The position numbers and the translations under genes are program-made. DNA of 10,262 nt from Vulcanimicrobiota bacterium. Its GTDB lineage: Bacteria; Vulcanimicrobiota; Vulcanimicrobiia; Vulcanimicrobiales; Vulcanimicrobiaceae. This document shows, in pieces, positions 6,536-10,262 of the stretch. Every line of letters starts with the position of its first letter. The first letter of the stretch is position 1. The DNA is taken from positions 1 through 10,262 of the forward strand of contig PLCF01000055.1 of NCBI GenBank assembly GCA_003135555.1. The letters are read 5' to 3'. Under the pieces are notes generated by a model. It was not told the DNA's origin and searched no databases. It worked only from the letters and a program-made list of their open reading frames with translations.

Positions 6536-7390
6536 CTACGAAGCCAGAAACGCTCGTAGTGCTGCGCCGAGGATGTCGGGCTCTTCGATCATGGGGAGGT
6601 GGGCGCTGTGCTCGAGGACGAGCGTCGTCAGGTGAGGGTAGACGCGCTGCACGTTGCGCAACGCTCCGATGCCGATATAGCGATCCTGCGCGCCCCAAGC
6701 GCAGAACACCGGGCCGGTATAGCGGGCGAAGCCGCCGTGCAGCGCGCGCCGGTTCACGATCGTCCGCAGCGCACCGCCGTAGACGCCCGCGTACGCCCTG
6801 CGCAGAGCCGGTTCTTGCGTCAGCTCGTAGGCGCGTTCGACGTGCGCCGGATCGAGCACGGTCGCATCGACGACGCCGCGCTCGAGGACGCGCGCCACGA
6901 AACGGCGCGATGGGCGCGGCACGAACAGCCGCTGCGCGAGCGCGCCGGCTAGCGCGAAGAGCAGAAAACGCGGCGTTCTCGAGAACCCCGCCGGCGCGAT
7001 GAGCGCCAGGTGGGTGACGCGCGACGGATGCGCGCTCGCGTAGTCGGCGGCGATCATCCCGCCGAGCGAGTGTCCGACGAGCGCGACGCGATCCAAGCCG
7101 TAGGCGGCGACCGCATCTTCCGTCACGCGGCGGAAGAACAACAAGTCGTATGCGGCGGCGGGCTTCTCGCTCGCGCCGAAACCCGGGAGATCGAACGCGA
7201 CGTAGCGCAGCGCCGGATCGAGCCGCGGCACGAGCCGTCCCCAGGCCGCATCGGTCCAGTGACCCAGGCCGTGCAACAGCAGCACGGTGCCGGCTGCGCT
7301 CGCGCGGTTGCCGGTTTCGTACGTCGCCAGCGTCACGCCGCCGGCGCGCAGCTTTCCGGCGCGCCAGCCGGACGGAACGTCGGCGTTCAT
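6536..7390 (-). CDS. Alpha/beta fold hydrolase (Abhydrolase_1/6)
   Basis: LLLHGLG oxyanion motif, DLPGFGAS, nucleophile elbow GHSLGG, acid WGAQD, catalytic His in SAHLPMIE. Confidence 0.93.
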   Translation of the reverse strand: MNADVPSGWRAGKLRAGGVTLATYETGNRASAAGTVLLLHGLGHWTDAAWGRLVPRLDPALRYVAFDLPGFGASEKPAAAYDLLFFRRVTEDAVAAYGLDRVALVGHSLGGMIAADYASAHPSRVTHLALIAPAGFSRTPRFLLFALAGALAQRLFVPRPSRRFVARVLERGVVDATVLDPAHVERAYELTQEPALRRAYAGVYGGALRTIVNRRALHGGFARYTGPVFCAWGAQDRYIGIGALRNVQRVYPHLTTLVLEHSAHLPMIEEPDILGAALRAFLAS

Positions 7391-7405
7391 CCCGAAGGTG
7401 CCAGC

Positions 7406-7924
7406 GTGCGCCTGGTTCTTGTCATCGTCTCGACGCTGTTCCTGAGCGCATGCTACAACGCCCCTGACGCCGCCGCCTCAGGCGGCGGAGGGCCGAGTGC
7501 GCTAGCGGGTTCTCCGGCGCAATCCTTCGAGGTCCGGCGGACCGACGGCCGCATGGATTCGCTGGCGCGCCATCGCGGCCAGATCGTGCTCGTGAACCTG
7601 TGGGCGACCTGGTGTACGCCCTGCCGCGAGGAGATGCCGGCCCTCCAACGGTTCGCGCGCGAGCAGGCGGGGAAGGTGGTCGTGCTGGGCATCGATCAAG
7701 GCGAGTCCGCATCGGCCGCCGCCGCGTACGCCAAGGAGCGCGGCGTGACGTTCCCGATCCTCGTCGACGATCAACAGCAGTACGGACGCACGTACGCCGC
7801 GATCGGTTTGCCGACCAGCGTGATCGTCGACCGCAGCGGGCACGTCGTGCAAGGGATCGACGGGCAGATGACGATCGAGCAGATGCGCGCCGCGGTCGCA
7901 CGCGCGCTCGCAGCCCGAAAGTGA
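7406..7924 (+). CDS. TlpA/ResA-family thiol-disulfide oxidoreductase lipoprotein
   Basis: VNLWATWCTPCREEMP (CxxC) and GLPTSVIVDRSG (cis-Pro). GTG start at 7406 gives MRLVLVIVSTLFLSAC (lipobox LSAC); GAAGG lies upstream. Confidence 0.92.
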   Translation: MRLVLVIVSTLFLSACYNAPDAAASGGGGPSALAGSPAQSFEVRRTDGRMDSLARHRGQIVLVNLWATWCTPCREEMPALQRFAREQAGKVVVLGIDQGESASAAAAYAKERGVTFPILVDDQQQYGRTYAAIGLPTSVIVDRSGHVVQGIDGQMTIEQMRAAVARALAARK

Positions 7925-8850
7925 CGGCACGCGTCGCCGCGCTGGGCGTCGCCGCGATCGCGATCGCGCTCGTGCTCGCGCAAGATCTCTATCCGGCGAC
8001 GCCGTTGTACCACACGTGGCAGTATGCGCTCGCGCTGACGCTTGCGCTCGCCGTGCTCGGCGCGTACGCGAACGGGGCGCGGCGCGGGGACGACGGCGTG
8101 CGCGGACGACGGTTGCTGCCGGCGATGGCCGGCGCCGCGACGGTGGCCGTTGCCGGCCTCGCGTCCGGGCTGCTCGGGCCGGACACCACGGTGATCGCCG
8201 GTACGCCTGGGACGGTCGCGCCGATCCCGGCACTCGGCGCCGCGGCGTTCTTTAGCGCGGCCGACGCGGACGCGATCGCGCGCGGTGCTGGGACGGTGAC
8301 GCTGCGCCGCCGCAACGCCGCCGAGATCGCGCTGCAGCCGGCTGCGCGACGCCTCCTGGGCGAGTCGCTCGTGTACCTCGAATTGCGCCCGGCGGCGTAC
8401 GTCGACGTTAGCGACGCTCGCGGCGCACATCTTACGGTCACGCAGCCGACCAACGCGTCGTTCCTGTCGCCGGTGCTGCTGTTTGGGGCCCGGCAGCGCA
8501 TCGGCGCGCTCGAGGTTCCGCTCGACACCTTCGCGACGCCGGCGCGGCATCTGACCGTGCGCGCGCTGTACTTCACGCCCCAGGCGCTCGCGCAGTTCAA
8601 TCGTGCCGGCGCGCCGGCCGACCAGGGGCGGCCGGCGTTAGTGCTCAGCGCCGCGGATGACCGCGGTAACCCCAAGGGGCTCACGCTGGCACCCTCCGGC
8701 GCCGAGGTCGCGGTGGGCGGATTGCGCGTGCACGTCACGTTGGGGACGTATCCGGTGCTCGCGATCGCCGCGGCGCCGCCGGCGTGGGTGCTGATCGCCG
8801 GCATCGCGCTGTTCCTCGCCGGGTTGGCGTGGAGCGCGTTGCCTCACTGA
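7921..8850 (+). CDS. Membrane protein, ResB/CcsB (Ccs1)-like architecture (309 aa)
   Basis: GTG overlaps the TlpA TGA (GTGA). Three N-terminal hydrophobic segments including LYHTWQYALALTLAL, a ~200-aa soluble domain, and C-terminal YPVLAIAAAPPAWVLIAGIALFLAGL. The CDS is solid; the family call is inferred. Confidence 0.7.
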   Translation: MTARVAALGVAAIAIALVLAQDLYPATPLYHTWQYALALTLALAVLGAYANGARRGDDGVRGRRLLPAMAGAATVAVAGLASGLLGPDTTVIAGTPGTVAPIPALGAAAFFSAADADAIARGAGTVTLRRRNAAEIALQPAARRLLGESLVYLELRPAAYVDVSDARGAHLTVTQPTNASFLSPVLLFGARQRIGALEVPLDTFATPARHLTVRALYFTPQALAQFNRAGAPADQGRPALVLSAADDRGNPKGLTLAPSGAEVAVGGLRVHVTLGTYPVLAIAAAPPAWVLIAGIALFLAGLAWSALPH

Positions 8851-10262
8851 GCTCCGGGCGGCGCCTTCGGGGCCGAGCCAGCGACATCGGCCGAGCAGTC
8901 GTGTATGGCGATGCTCCCCGCGGTCGTGAGCGCCGGGTTCGCCAGCGTGCCCAGGACGTAGATGTTGCGCAGCGCGATCGGCGGAGCTAGTGCTGCGGGG
9001 ACCGTCACGCGCACGCGCCGGGTCGCGCTGAAATCGATCGTACGAACCAGCGTCGCCGTGGCGCGGTCGCCGTAGCGGTCGACGAACGTGACGCGCAATG
9101 CGGCACCCCCGGCATCGCCGTCGACGGCGCAGCTCAGGTCGAGGACGGAGCCCAGCGCGATCTCGTTCACCGCGTACGCGGCGCGCTCTCCTGTCGTGAA
9201 GTCGTAATCGATGCGCAGGCGGCCGGCGTCGACCGTCGCCGCGCCGGGCCCGCCGCCGGGTGCCGTCACGAGCTTCCAGCCGGTGCGGTGGTTGTCGTCG
9301 AACAGCGCGAGCGCGACGCTGTGGTGCCCGACCGGAATCGTCAGGGTCACGGTGGCGCCGGGGACGGTCGCCGTGACGAGCGCGTCACGTTCGCCGACCG
9401 TCAGGCGTCCGCGCGGATCGATCGCCGCGTCCGTGGCGCTCCAACGGACGACGCCGTCGACCGCGAGCGGCCGGTCGTGCGCATCGAAGGCTTCGGCGCG
9501 CAGCGCGACGCTGCCGTGCGGCGGCGGGTTGGCGCGTCCGGGCCCGACCACGATCCGCGCGGCGCGATCGATCACTTCGAGCGGAACGTCGGTCGCGACC
9601 CCGCCGCGCGCGAGGCGCAGCGCACTCGCACCGGCCCGCTCGCCCGTGACGAGCACGTCGTCGTCGCCCAGCGCCGCCACCAGCGCAGACGGCGCGAAGC
9701 GCCACGGGCCCCGCGCGTCACCGAGCCCGTGATCGTTCGCATCGATGATGCGCGCGCGCAAGGCGATGCGCGCGCCGGGCAAGGCGACGATCCGCCCCGG
9801 ACGCACGACCAGCCGCGCAGGCGGGCCCAGCGGGGCGTCACTGTACGCGAACAGCCCGTCGGCGACCGGGCGTTCGACGCCGTCCGATGGGTCGTTCACC
9901 ACGCTGGCGCCCGCGTCGCCCAACACGCGCGCGACCAGCGTCGCCGAACCGCCGCTGTCGAAGAGCATCGCGTCGACGGCGCCGAGCGCGCGCAACAGTG
10001 CGATCAGCTCGGCGCGGTTCACGCCGATCGACGTCGCCGGATGGCGGCCGTCGACGACGACGAGCCCGAGCGTGCCGTCGGCGAAGCGGGCCGCCGCCGA
10101 GGCCGGGATGCGGCGGTCGCGCTCGGCATAGTTCGGCGAGGCCGGGTCGTCGATGGGCGTGCCGTTGCGCAACAATTCCGGGCCGCCGCCGATCGCCGCG
10201 CTCAGCCCGGCCAGCGGCGGGTCGAGCGCGTAGTTGAGCGCGATCACGTCGCCGACGTCGGG
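8844..10262 (-). CDS. Phosphodiester glycosidase (NAGPA-like) domain protein with C-terminal Ig-like/carbohydrate-binding-like regions; 5' end outside the window
   Basis: AIGGGPELLRNG, LVVVDGR, SIGVNRAEL, GAVDAMLFDSGGSATL, VVNDPSDGVERPVADGL. The frame stays open to the window edge; the stop overlaps the convergent gene by 7 bp. Confidence 0.85.
   Translation of the reverse strand, partial: PDVGDVIALNYALDPPLAGLSAAIGGGPELLRNGTPIDDPASPNYAERDRRIPASAAARFADGTLGLVVVDGRHPATSIGVNRAELIALLRALGAVDAMLFDSGGSATLVARVLGDAGASVVNDPSDGVERPVADGLFAYSDAPLGPPARLVVRPGRIVALPGARIALRARIIDANDHGLGDARGPWRFAPSALVAALGDDDVLVTGERAGASALRLARGGVATDVPLEVIDRAARIVVGPGRANPPPHGSVALRAEAFDAHDRPLAVDGVVRWSATDAAIDPRGRLTVGERDALVTATVPGATVTLTIPVGHHSVALALFDDNHRTGWKLVTAPGGGPGAATVDAGRLRIDYDFTTGERAAYAVNEIALGSVLDLSCAVDGDAGGAALRVTFVDRYGDRATATLVRTIDFSATRRVRVTVPAALAPPIALRNIYVLGTLANPALTTAGSIAIHDCSADVAGSAPKAPPGAQ

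Noticed and set aside
1..10262. CRISPR array, tRNA/rRNA, transposase/integrase, prophage or defence system
   Set aside because: No regularly spaced direct repeats, RNA gene signatures, or recombinase/nuclease motifs were seen. The single capsid-like domain has no phage neighbours.

Overview
GC-rich bacterial chromosomal segment (about 70% GC by eye), densely coding, with no recognisable mobile element, CRISPR array, tRNA or rRNA. The gene repertoire is reminiscent of Ca. Eremiobacterota/Vulcanimicrobiota, but that is an unverified impression. The left half is a minus-strand run: an uncalled 35-aa membrane peptide, a Urate_ox_N/PuuD-N-like membrane protein, an O-methyltransferase, a flavin reductase, an MBL-fold hydrolase, a Thr/Gly/Ser-rich lipoprotein and the start of a second lipoprotein. 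It diverges, across a heavily structured ~250-bp intergenic region, from an Fe/Mn superoxide dismutase and a Lon-N-domain protein. The right half holds FolD (-), a 91-aa hypothetical (+), an alpha/beta hydrolase (-), a TlpA/ResA-like lipoprotein with a coupled ResB/CcsB-like membrane protein (+), and a 5'-truncated NAGPA-like phosphodiester glycosidase (-). Most interesting: the 91-aa protein looks like a stand-alone HK97 A-domain (family-4-encapsulin-like); FolD lacks the cyclohydrolase Lys; the ResA-ResB-like pair appears to have Met in place of the heme-ligand His and no adjacent ccsA; the uncalled peptide is preceded by a possible SD-sequestering pseudoknot; and a GG-N17/18-CG(A/T/G)A motif recurs upstream of several starts. 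All family assignments are by eye, without database searches.
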